A DNA stretch of 64,000 bases from Balamuthia mandrillaris (Eukaryota): positions 186,001 to 250,000 of the forward strand of contig JAVKOQ020000022.1 of NCBI GenBank assembly GCA_031835245.2. The letters run 5' to 3'. Made by a program: the position numbers and the translations under genes. The notes under the pieces are model-generated. The model saw nothing but the letters and a program-made list of their open reading frames with translations, was not told where the DNA came from and did not search any database. Position 1 is the stretch's first letter. Every line of letters begins with the position of its first letter. Below, piece by piece: positions 36,048 to 46,370 of the stretch.

Positions 36048-37197
36048 ATGACGACACGACTCCTGGGCAAGAGGGTCAAATCTCGGTCCGAGAGGTCAAG
36101 CCTCCAAAACGGGCTGTCCTTAATGTTCTTGGTAGCAGACTGTTCCACCAGCTCGAACAGCTGGCCCATTCCTGTTCCTCCTGCGCTCTCCTGCTCTCAT
36201 CGTTGCTTTAATAAACTGGTCGACATACCCCCAGAAATAGGGCTCATCACCTCGCTGCGCTCGTTGAATCTGCAGCACAACAAACTCATCTCGGTTCCCA
36301 AAGAGGTCTTCTTTTCTTTGCTCTGTTCTTTTCGTTTCCCTCTCCCCTCTCTCACGGTAAAATGCTGCTGCAGCTGTTTTTGCTCAAAGGGTTGACAGAC
36401 CTGTTGCTTGACTCCAACCAGCTGCTCTTCCTCCCGGCCGAAGCTTTGAGCAAAGTGGCCTCCTACAATCTCTTTCGCGCACAAAACAATCCTTTTCCTG
36501 CCATTCGAGCCCTCACCGGTGAAGTTGGCTCTCCCCATCATGCTTCCTCACCCTCTTCTTCTTCTTCTCGTTCCGATAACAACAATGACGGCGATGATGA
36601 AGAAGAAGAAGAAAGAGGAGGGAAAAAGGTGAAGGAGGAAGAGGAAGAGCAGGCAGTGGAGGAACCACATTGGTGGAAGTACGAGATAGAGAAAGGAAAG
36701 CCTCCGCCCTGGGCCCCTCTTCCTTCTCTCTTGGTGCTTTGCGCCCAAAACGTATTTCGGCATTACTCCCTCAAACAGGCCAAGGTTTGTTCTCCTTTTC
36801 TCTTCCCTTCTATTTTCCTCCTTGCTCGTTCTCTTCTCTTCTTTCTCTTGTCTTAGCCTTTCTTTCCCCTTGCTCCACGGCAAAACAGAAGCTCGTACCT
36901 CTCGATCTGATCGAATGGGCACAACGCGAGTGTTGGCGCTGCGCGGCCTGCCAAGCCCTCTCCATCGGGCCGCCAGGCCTCCGCATCGGCAAGGCCATCA
37001 GCTTGGAGGACGGCAGTGCGACCTTGCCGATCGCCCAGCCTCTCTGCTCTGAGCGCTGCGCTCGACGGTTCCTGCGAGGTAGAGACGATCTGGCCAGGCT
37101 TCGTCTGCTCACGGAGCAGAACCAAAGAGAAGAGCGCAATGCCGCTCACGAACGCTCGTTCTCTTCGTCAGGTTCGTCTCGGTGTGCCTTGAACTAG
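36048..37197 (+). CDS. Short LRR protein with BC-box and C-terminal Cys cluster (LRRC58/LRRC28-like); start uncertain
   Basis: NKLVDIPPEIGLITSLRSLNLQHNKLISVPKE|LFLLKGLTDLLLDSNQLLFLP, QNNPF, LPSLLVLCAQ, CAAC...LPIAQPLCSERC. Confidence 0.75.
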
Positions 37198-37517
37198 ATG
37201 AGAGAGAACGAGGAAGAAGGAGAGGGAGAGAGATTGGAGTGTAGAAAACAGATTTTTTTTTTTTGAGATGAATCACAATCCACAAAAAATGCAACAGAGA
37301 GAAAACGAAAGGAAAGGGGAGAAGAGTTTTGGGAGAGATTAAAAAATTTACTGATCTTGTTATGGTGTGTGAGGATGATGAGCCGTCAATCAACGGTCTC
37401 TACTTTAACAATGTACAAAAAAACAAACAGAAAAAAGAAGGTTGCGAAAGATCGCAACTTTTTGTGAGTATTTGAAAAAAAACCAAAAAGAAAATGTTTT
37501 TTTTTTCTGTGTGTGTG

Positions 37518-38033
37518 TTAATCGTAAGTTGCCATCTTGGGCTTGTAGTGAACCTTTTCTTCAAGAGTGGCCGTCATGTTCGACTTCTTCTTGGGTGCGC
37601 TCCTATTATTTGGGTTGGTTTTACAAAAATAATGGATTAGACCACACCAAAAAATAATTTAGAGATTTTTGTTTCATCTTCATCCACAGATTGCTTGATC
37701 TTCTTGAGTTGCAGTTGAGAGAGAAAAAAGGGGAGAAGATCAAACGTACTTTTTCTTCTGATTCTCAGCAATGGCAGCCTCGATGGCCTTCTTGTTGGCG
37801 GTGTGGTACTTTTTGAGCTCCTCCCTCAATTTCTCGCTGGGCTCGTTGGCCTTGATGCCGGCCCTCTTGCAGAGGCTCTGCAGCCTCTTGTGTTTGAGGC
37901 TGTCCAACTTGGTCACATCAAAGGGGACTATCCGCTCCTTCTTCTCCTTGGCGGCGGCGGCGGCGGCGCCTCCCTTCTTGGCGGCGGCGGCGGTGGTGGC
38001 GGCGGTGCTCTTGCTTCCGTTGTCGGTGGACAT
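37518..38033 (-). CDS. Small basic SAP-domain protein (NuSAP N-terminus-like); 3' exon uncertain
   Basis: KLDSLKHKRLQSLCKRAGIKANEPSEKLREEL matches the SAP helix-extension-helix pattern; donor GTACGT near 37749. Confidence 0.65.
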
Positions 38034-38176
38034 TGTTTGTACTGAGTGGGGGGTACTCGGTCGTGTGTGTTGTGCAGAGAGGTAGTGAGTTTTTTGTCTT
38101 GTTTTTTGAGTAGTGGCGAAAAAAAAACCTGAAACAAAAAAAAAAGGAAACGGAAAACAAACAACAAAAAAATTTG

Positions 38177-38253
38177 TAACTGGAAAAAATAACGGAGCGT
38201 TGCAATTGGCGGTTAAGTTAACGGCTAATGAAGCTCCTTAAAAAAGACCGTTA
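38177..38253. promoter_or_regulatory. Cluster of Myb-type TAACNG sites upstream of the SAP-domain gene
   Basis: TAACTG 38177, TAACGG 38190, CGGTTA 38210, TAACGG 38219, CCGTTA 38248. Confidence 0.45.
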
Positions 38254-38391
38254 GCCACTCAAGTTATTGGCTAAGAAATTTCGCTTGATTTACTGCCGAC
38301 ATCTACCTTAAATCTTATTTTGTCGACGGTAATTTTTTTTTGTTACAAACAACAAAGTCGTAGAGAGAGCTGTTTTGATATAGAGCTTGGA

Positions 38392-38885
38392 CTACGCTTG
38401 GCCATGGTTGAACTGCTGGCGTCTGTGCCTGAACATGATGGTGCTAATCACCAGAACAGGGCAGCAACAAAGGAAGCACAAACCACCACCATGGCGATGC
38501 CCCGCGCCAGGGACCGATGATCCTTGCACACGATCTGACCCAGGTCGTCCACACAGTGGCACTTGTTCGACCCTCCCCGCTCCATGTGGCCACAGTCAAA
38601 CGGCGGACAGTCTTCCTCCCTATTGCCGGGTTTCTTTTCCGTGTCGCAACAATCCAGTCCCTCATCTGTGGAAGATAAGGGGTTCAAAGAGGGGAAAAAA
38701 AAAATGGAGTTGAGGTTCTAATACCCACCGGAGTAGTCGCAAATGTTCTCCACTTCGTCAGCCAAAATGACGGAACCGGCAATGACCACCGCCAAACCGC
38801 CAAAGAAGAGCAAACAGGAGCAGGGAAGGGTTAACAACAGCATGACGCCCTTCTTGCTCCTATCCTCAGCGATGTTGGACAGCAT
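38392..38885 (-). pseudogene. Two-TM protein with Cys-rich loop, copy 1; apparent frameshift near 38485
   Basis: GSVILADEVENICDYSG|DEGLDCC..EEDCPPFDC..CHC..IVC..ARGIAMVV; the continuation matching copy 2 (FLCCCPV..RHRR) is in another frame. Could be an assembly error. Confidence 0.55.
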
Positions 38886-39278
38886 TTCTATTTTTTGCGT
38901 TGGTTTTGTTTGTTTACCGTTGATATCCTGCTTTTTATATTTTGAACTACTGGCCATTGAGTCAACCCCCAAGGGTCCGGTGAGGGAGCCTTTCGCTGGC
39001 GGTGTGGCGTTTTCTGAGAGGGTGAATTTCTTTCATTTACCTTAATGGAGGTCGCTCACGTCCATCCCCCATTTGAACTGCAGTGAAAAACGGTCTTTGC
39101 TCCTATCCATAGAATCACCTGGTGGTTTTCTCGCCTTTCGTTACCTGGTTGCCCTTTTCCGGTTTTATTGCCCTTTTCGCCTCTCAGCCAAACCGTTTCC
39201 AGCGCCTATACGCTGCTTGAGCAAACGAACAGCTAGATACTGGAAGAAAGAGGAGGAGGAATCTAGCTTTGAGCGCCA

Positions 39279-39822
39279 CTAGGCGTTGTGAACACTCACC
39301 GTCAATTGTCGTCGGGCCTTTTCTCTCGCCTTGTGTCGCCTGCGAACCAAAAAGGCCGGTGCAGGCGGCACAGGTGAAAAGCAGCATAAAAAGAACACGG
39401 CGCCGACGATCACCATGGCCATCCCTCTCCCGTAGGCCTTATGCTCAAAGCAAAGGATGGCGCCGTCCGTCGCATCACAGCGACAAGGTTTCGACTGCTC
39501 GCAGTCATGCACCGGGCAGTCGTCATCCTTCCTGGGCTTTCGCCGTTACAACAGCTAACGATGTACTCTATTAAAATCGTTCCGTTGGTTGAAGAGCGAT
39601 CGTAAGAGAAAGAGAGAGAGAAGCACTCCAGATGCACAAGAAAAGGAGATGGAGGAACAACCATCAGTGTAATCGCAAATATTATTGAGCTCCAAGGCCA
39701 GAAATACAGACCCGTTGACAAGAACCACCGCTGCGTCGGCAGACGATGCAGGTCAGAGGCAGAAACAGCCAGAACAGCGCCACCTTGCTACTGTGGGGTT
39801 TCGGCGTTGCATTAGAGTTCAT
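39279..39822 (-). pseudogene. Two-TM protein with Cys-rich loop, copy 2; two apparent frameshifts
   Basis: GSVFLALELNNICDYTD|..SCC..DDDCPVHDC..CRC..ILC..GRGMAMVIV..FLCC; frame changes near 39738 and 39540 are needed to align with copy 1. Confidence 0.6.
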
Positions 39823-40057
39823 CTTCTCCCTGTGTGGAGGTGTCTGTTGGTAGACAAAGTTTTTTTGCTCTTGTTTTTGTTTATATAAAGAACTTATTAT
39901 ATAAACAAAAAAAAAATACAAATAAAAATACAGGATTATTTTGGTCAGTTTGCAGCAAGCTTTTCGTCCGGTTGCCTTGTTGGAATGCGTGCGAAAACTA
40001 TGTCGAAGCTTTATAACAAAGGATATCATTTCGGGACAGATAGGGCGATGCAGCTTC

Positions 40058-40807
40058 TCACGTTGGGCTTACGGGAGCCCACAGGTTCCTCCTGACCGTT
40101 TGCGGGTCGTCAAAGTCTCTGTCCCAGTATCCGCAGCCCATGGTGCCTGAAAATCCAAAGAAGTCAAAGACAAAGGCAAAGAACACCAGGAACCATGCTT
40201 GAGATGGCCACCAATGGTCTATTCCAGGAACCAGCTCGTCGTCGAACTCGCTGGCAAAGAGTGAGATGAAACCAACGGAGGCAATAAACGAAAACACACT
40301 GTTCTCGAAAAGTAAGCCAAGAGTGAGTGGAAGATAATAAAAGCATTGAGAGAGCAAGAAACAAAAAAACGAGGGCTATCATTGGGAAGGAATGGAAAGG
40401 ATAACTACCCACCATGCAAACGCGATAAACACAAGAGAAATCTTTCGGAAGCGCGCACGATGGGCAACGTCCTTGGGCCATGCAATGCCAAAGATCAACA
40501 AGACTCCACCTGTAACATTGGCCACCAATGCCATTACGGAAAAGGCCAGGGCCATCTTGCCTGTTCCTGCCAATTGGGTGGATTGAACGGACTCGTGGGT
40601 GTAGTAATAGTTTTCCTCATGGTGTTCGATGGTGTAGCCTTTCCATCCAAAGTAGAACTCATCAAGGAAAGCGCTAACAAGCACCTCGCGGGACCCTTCA
40701 AACCAGCCCTTGTAATCCGAGGCCACGTCGACAGAGTTGAAAGCCGTAACACAGATCACCATGAACAGAGGATACAATAGCAACACCCTGCCCCTCGCCA
40801 AAGCCAT
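40058..40807 (-). CDS. Four-TM membrane protein (claudin/amastin-like topology); 2 exons
   Basis: Four hydrophobic segments with a large first loop, across ORFs 40379..40855 and 40058..40357. Confidence 0.6.
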
Positions 40808-40953
40808 GTTGTCCCAGTTCTTCTTCGCTGGCGGGATACCGTCTCGTTCGCCCAAGGGTCATGGTCTTTCGTTGGCTGGTAAGTGTCGACATCAACGGAG
40901 AGAGTGCTCTCTCCTCTCCTCTCCTTTACCCAGCCTCGTGGAAGCGAGGACAG

Positions 40954-41961
40954 ATGGAGGCGTTACCTGCGGAGGTGGTGTGCCTGGTGTTGGGCTGGCT
41001 GCCCAAGGACATGGTGGGCGTGGCCGCTAGAACCTGTAGGCGCTGGTTCGCTTGTTGTACCCCCGAGGCAAGGCGCAAACTGTACGCCCGCAGGGCTTGC
41101 AGTTCCGCCACTTTTCTTCGTTGGGCGCTCGCTCAAGGGTACCCCCTGCACCACGCCAACACCTGCGCAGCCGCCGCTGGGCAGGGCCGGTTGGAAGTGC
41201 TGCGGTGGGCAAGGGCACAAGGCTGCCCCTGGGACAGCAGGACGTGCCACCAGGCAGCACGCAACGGCCATTTGGCAGTGCTACAGTGGGCCTTTGCGCA
41301 GGGCCTTCACCCCTTTCATGAACGGCGGGTGTGCAGGGCTGCGGCCAAGCACGGTCACTTGGAGGTGTTGCAGTGGGCCCGTGGGGTTGGGTACGAATGG
41401 GATCAACTGGTCTGCTTCTATGCTGCGCTCCACGGCCGTTTGGACGTGCTGCGCTGGGCGCATGCGCACGGTTGCCCCTGGGATGCCACCACTTGCGCAG
41501 CCGCCGCCGAGAACGGCCACTTGCCTGTGTTGCAGTGGGCTCGTTCTGCGGGTTGTCCTTGGGACGAGAGGACCTCATACGGCGCAGCACGGCAAGGACA
41601 TCTGGGGGTGCTGCAGTGGGCCAGAGAGAACGGTTGTGAGTGGGAGGAGTGGACCTGCGCCTTGGCTGCCGAACACGGTCATCTGGAGGTGCTGCGGTGG
41701 GCAAGGGAGAACGGTTGTCCTTGGGACGAGAGGACGAGCTACCAGGCCGCCAAGAATGGGCATTTGGAGTTGCTCAAGTGGGCGCATCAGCACGGCTGTA
41801 CTTGGGATGCACGCACTTGGCGCGCTGCACAGCAGTGGCCGGAGATAAGGCAATATGCTCTGCAGCATGGATGCCCTCAGGAAGAGGGGGAGGAGGAAGA
41901 TACCGTTTGGTCTCGTTGTTCTTATTCTGCATGGAAGAGAGGAAAAGAAAATATTCTCTGA
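40954..41961 (+). CDS. Intronless F-box-like + ankyrin-repeat protein of the GHLEVLQWARENGCPWD type
   Basis: MEALPAEVVCLVLGWLP...TCRRW (F-box); about 9 repeats of AAxxGHLxVLxWAxxxGCxWD. Confidence 0.9.
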   Translation: MEALPAEVVCLVLGWLPKDMVGVAARTCRRWFACCTPEARRKLYARRACSSATFLRWALAQGYPLHHANTCAAAAGQGRLEVLRWARAQGCPWDSRTCHQAARNGHLAVLQWAFAQGLHPFHERRVCRAAAKHGHLEVLQWARGVGYEWDQLVCFYAALHGRLDVLRWAHAHGCPWDATTCAAAAENGHLPVLQWARSAGCPWDERTSYGAARQGHLGVLQWARENGCEWEEWTCALAAEHGHLEVLRWARENGCPWDERTSYQAAKNGHLELLKWAHQHGCTWDARTWRAAQQWPEIRQYALQHGCPQEEGEEEDTVWSRCSYSAWKRGKENIL

Positions 41962-41977
41962 GTAATACAATGCCTTT

Positions 41978-42655
41978 TTAGACAAGCACCAGGGAAGGCC
42001 TGTTGGGATCTCTGGCCACCATAACAGAGGCCCTTCCAGCATACTCGTGCTTCTCCCAGAGGTCCTTCGTGGTGCGCACCAGGCAAGGGTGCGCCCTCAA
42101 ACTATCCAACAGACACCAAGCGCCGTCGCTGTCCTCCAATCTCTGAGCAGCAAACGCGTGGGCTTTACCGCTCTCGATGTGGGCCAGGAAGATGGAACTA
42201 ATAGAGGGCTCTTTCTCCAAAGCCTCCACGAATGTCTCCGTTGTTTGCTTCTTGTCCTCCGCAAACTTGCTTCGAGCGTAACGATGGTACAAACGATGAG
42301 GCACGTAGACGAGGTGCGGCTTTCCGGTATTCTCGTCTGTTCTCATCTGGAACTGCAACAGGAACAAGCATTGACTAGGAGAGAGTTCCTTGAGCTCCGC
42401 TTTGGTGATCATGTTGAGCAAGTCTGTGGGAGAGGTCTGCTTGAAAATCTCAAAGTAGCCAAAGAGATCCGGATTGGAAGCCAGATCGGAGCGGTCATCT
42501 TCCATCTTCTTTTCATCGGCGGGCACGTTCTCTGCTCCGCCATAAAAGTCGATAGCACAGTTTTCGTAGATTAGTTCCTTTATTTTCCCTGTTGCTTTCT
42601 GCAGGCGTTTTTGTGTTAAAATATATTTTTTTTTGGTTAAGGTAGGTAGTTCTTG

Positions 42656-42702
<47 letters not shown>

Positions 42703-45438
42703 AATGCATAACAAGAAATAACGTACGTTAACAAGCGCGCTATACTGTAGCAAGAAGGAGGGGTCGTTCACGAGAGGTTTCTGGAAATACATGTTGAGGG
42801 CATGGCGGAAGCAAGTATCGGAACCTGCGTCTTGATGCTCATGATGGATGCTAGAAGGGATTGTAGGCGTGGATATGATACGTTGCATGATCTCCACCTC
42901 CTTCTGCAGAGTTTCATCTCCCAGCTCATCGATTTGCTCCTCGAAATGATCGCTGAATGCCTTTTTTTTTTGTTCCAACTTAAGTTTTTCCATACTAAAA
43001 GACGAGCAATAAAAATGAAAGATACCTTAAGGAGGGAGCGGTAATGAGGAGAAACTACTAAAGGAGTAGTACTGTAGTCAACTGTTTGGCCATCAGCCTC
43101 TTTGGTAGGCAATAGCAAGCCAGTTCCTTTGGTAATAGTTGGTTTGGTCCGAGCATCTATTTCAAACAGGGAATTTTGTTAGCAAATAATAGCTTACGGC
43201 AAAGCGGAGAGCAAGTACCGCCAGTTCTCTCGTCGTCAGACCAATGTTTGATAAGCGTAACAAAGCGAGAGAGAAGTATGGCCTTTCTAAGGCCAGAGCA
43301 TCCATAATAGCCTTTCGACTCTCCATTCTTCAATTCCTCAAGTGGAAGCTGTACTCTGGTGTTATCCTCTGCATAATACAAATGAATAAACAAGCCACAG
43401 GCAAGAAGTAAAGAAGAGAAGGAGAGAGTTACCATAGGTCTTATTGGAACGATCTGTGTAGCTAATGTCGAGGTTAATAAAGGAGGAAGAGATATCCTCA
43501 GAGGTTTGGCGAAGCTTCAACAAAATGATGCCTCCCTTGTTCTGCCCGCTTTCGTCTTTCTTCGACGGGAAAAGAGAAGCCACTGTCGATAATAAGCCAA
43601 CGTTAAGAACTTGTTTTCAGAAGAGAAAAAAGGACTGTAGGCAGACTACCATTCATCAGCTCATCCTTGCCATTAACACTTTGAGGAGAGCCATAAACCT
43701 GAAGATAAGAGCAGCATGAAAATAGATTAAGTACACCTGGAAAAAATAAAGATATCATAATGGACAATAAACAAGCAGAAGCAGCAGCAGCAGCAGCAGC
43801 AGAAGAAGAAGAAGAAGAAGAACAAGAACAAGAAGAAGAACAAGAAGAAGAAGAAGAAGAAGAAGAAGAAGAAGACGAACAGCAAGAAGCAGAAGCAGAA
43901 GCAGAAGCATAAGAACAAGAAAGAACAGCATCAACGCACGTTTTCAATCTCCCATCCCTCTGCCTTGAATGAAAGCTTCAAGTCGAAGAGCAGAGGAGAA
44001 ACCATAAGGTCGAACTCATCATCCAACTTTGCGGTGAATTCTTTGCCGGATTTGACGGTATAGTAGTTAGAGCCTTTGACCTTCATGAGAAACTCCACTA
44101 GTGTTGGGTCGAAGTCAGAGCCAATTCCCAAGCACGAGGTAAATATGCCGTGAGGGACATTTTCCTTAACGAGATTGGCAAATCCCTCAGGGTGATGAGT
44201 GTCTGTTCGTTTTGATATGGACAGGCATTAGCAAAGAGAGAGAGAAGAGAGAGAAGAGAGAGAGCAGAGAAATAGGGAAGAATGAACAAGAGTGATAGAT
44301 ACCTGCGTTGGGCCGGTCGTCCGTCAAGAAGATGATCCTGTTCTCACTCTCGTCAATTTTCAACTTGCCCAGTTGCTGCAGCTCATTCGTGGCGGCCCTG
44401 TACCCCACCTCCATACTTGTTCCTCCTCTAGGGTGAACGTCTAGTAGTTGGCGTTTCAGCTTGTCCATGTCGATGTCCTTGAACTTTGTGAGAGGGAGGA
44501 GGTGCTCCGCTTCGGTATCGAACAACACGATACCCACGCGGTCGTTCTCCTTGAGGTGGCCAAGCAATGAGATGATGGCCGTCTTGGCCACTTCTAACTT
44601 GCTCAGCCCTCCCTCTCCAAATGGACAGCTCATCGAACCAGAGATATCCTTTTGGTAGAAAAGTTAAGAAAGAAAGAAAGCAAGAAACGCAAGAAAGAAA
44701 GAAACAACAAGAATGAAAGATTTACCAGAACAAGAACCAAGTTGAGAGGAAGACGCTGAAAACCGTCCTCCTCAATGGTGGAGTTAAGGCCAACGCTCAT
44801 AAAGTACTCTGGCTTTCCTGAGATAGGATCTGTCGGCACCACACAACAAAGGTCGGTCAATAACAGATTCGCAAAGAAGCGTCGAAGCACAGTTAACAGA
44901 ACAAGTATCACTCACCAGGAGCGCAAGCAAAGGAGTAGGAGGGATAGAAAAGGGCATTTCTCTCTCTCGCTTTAGCTTCCAGCTCGTCAATGTCTCCTGT
45001 GTCAAAGAAGTACTCGTAGAAGAGGCCTTCGTAGCTGAGGGAGGCAGCCTTTGGCAACAGATCTCTTTCAATGTTTTGACGAAAGTTGATCCCGTCTTTT
45101 GCTCCTCCCTTTGTTTTTTTCAAAAAAAGATTAAGCAAGAGCAAAGTTAAAAGCACGAAGAACATTGAGCGAAGAAGAAGACTTACCACAGCGAAACAAA
45201 AGGTGGAAGGACCACCACGAAGTCGCAAAACCATATGCAGAGTACTCTCCTTCTGGATGTTGTAGTCCGCCAGGGTTCTCCCCACTTCCAGCTGCCTGCC
45301 GGCAAAGATGAGGCGTTGCTGGTCGGGAGGGATGCCCTCCTTGTCCTGTATCTTTTGCATCACCTCGGAGAGCTCGTCCATGGACTCTACCTCAATGGTG
45401 ATGGTCTTTCCCGTGAGGGTCTTGACGTAGATTTGCAT
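41978..45438 (-). CDS. Ubiquitin - VWA - Josephin-like deubiquitinase fusion protein; multi-exon
   Basis: Ubiquitin 45438-45211 (62/76 identical to canonical); VWA ([48 protein letters not shown]); in-frame splices into [22 protein letters not shown]...HAFA...WCLLDSL. Confidence 0.85.
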
Positions 45439-45610
45439 TTTGCGCGTGTGTGTACGTGTGGATGTTCTAACAGCTGTGTTGTTCGGTTGTTGTTTTGTTT
45501 TTTCGAACGTAAGGTTTGACTGAAGCTCTTTTTTTTTTATGCGGTTGCAGGCACTTCACCGAAAAGGTACCCATGGATGGGTTGAAAGGGGGAATTGGAA
45601 AAATGGAAAT

Positions 45611-45783
45611 AAAGACCCTCACGCCGTTCGAGGAAAGAAGAGCAAAGACCATCACGCCGTTCGATGAACGCACGTAAAGACCATCAGGCCGTCCTATAAA
45701 GGGGGCACAAAGACCATCAGGCCGTCCGATAAAGGGGGCACAAAGACCATCAGGCCGTTCGATGAAGGGGCACAAAGACCATC
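45611..45783. repeat. 32-33-bp minisatellite, 5 full units plus a partial
   Basis: Units begin AAAGACC at 45611, 45644, 45676, 45709, 45742 and 45774; consensus AAAGACCATCAGGCCGTYCGATRAAGGGGGCAC. Confidence 0.9.
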
Positions 45784-46370
45784 GACGCTTGGTATTAAGT
45801 TGCCTCGCGGTTCCAAACGCCACGACATGCTGGTGGATAGGATCGCCGGTTGGGGCGTCTGTCCCGTCCACTCTGTTTGCTGGAGCCCTTTGGTTTACCA
45901 CCGCTCGCTGTAGTTTATTTTAGAAAAGAAAACCGCCAGCCCTTCCAGCAGGGCCTTCTCCGACCTCCTCTCCAGTGACCTCTCCGACTTCTCCAACGAG
46001 GTGCTCTGACTTCGTCATGGCTCACAGCCCCAGCCAGTACGGCCCTCAAGCACCCCGAGCAGCGGCTCTACTCCAGGAGCACGTCGCCAGGTGATGAGCA
46101 AGAAGGAGCTGTTGCAGGTGGTCGGCGGACGCTAAACCCCCCTACAAGGAGCAGAACCTGGCTGGTGGAGCTGCAGGGACGAGCATCCTTGTCCGTTTCG
46201 TCGGAGCCTCCAAGCATGGACATACAAACCACAGGGAATGGCGGAGGGAGGGCCAAGACTGAAATTCAAAGGCGAGGGCAGAGAGAAGGAAGCCCGCCCG
46301 AGGAGATTTTAGTGAGTTCACGTTGTTGCTGAGCGGGGCCACCAAGCACACAAGCCAAAGGTGCAACAAC

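Noticed and set aside
41027..42042. Long alternative-frame and antisense ORFs over the F-box-ankyrin gene
   Set aside because: Expected by-product of GC-rich repetitive coding sequence.
45211..45438. Polyubiquitin, ubiquitin-ribosomal fusion or NEDD8 gene
   Set aside because: A single divergent unit continuing in frame into a VWA domain; it retains ubiquitin-type R72.
45611..45783. CRISPR-like array
   Set aside because: Units are head-to-tail with no unique spacers, there are no cas genes, and the context is eukaryotic.
45900..46330. GC-rich coding-like stretch upstream of the SUFU-like gene
   Set aside because: Stops in the frames examined and no recognisable motif; may be pseudogene debris but unsupported.
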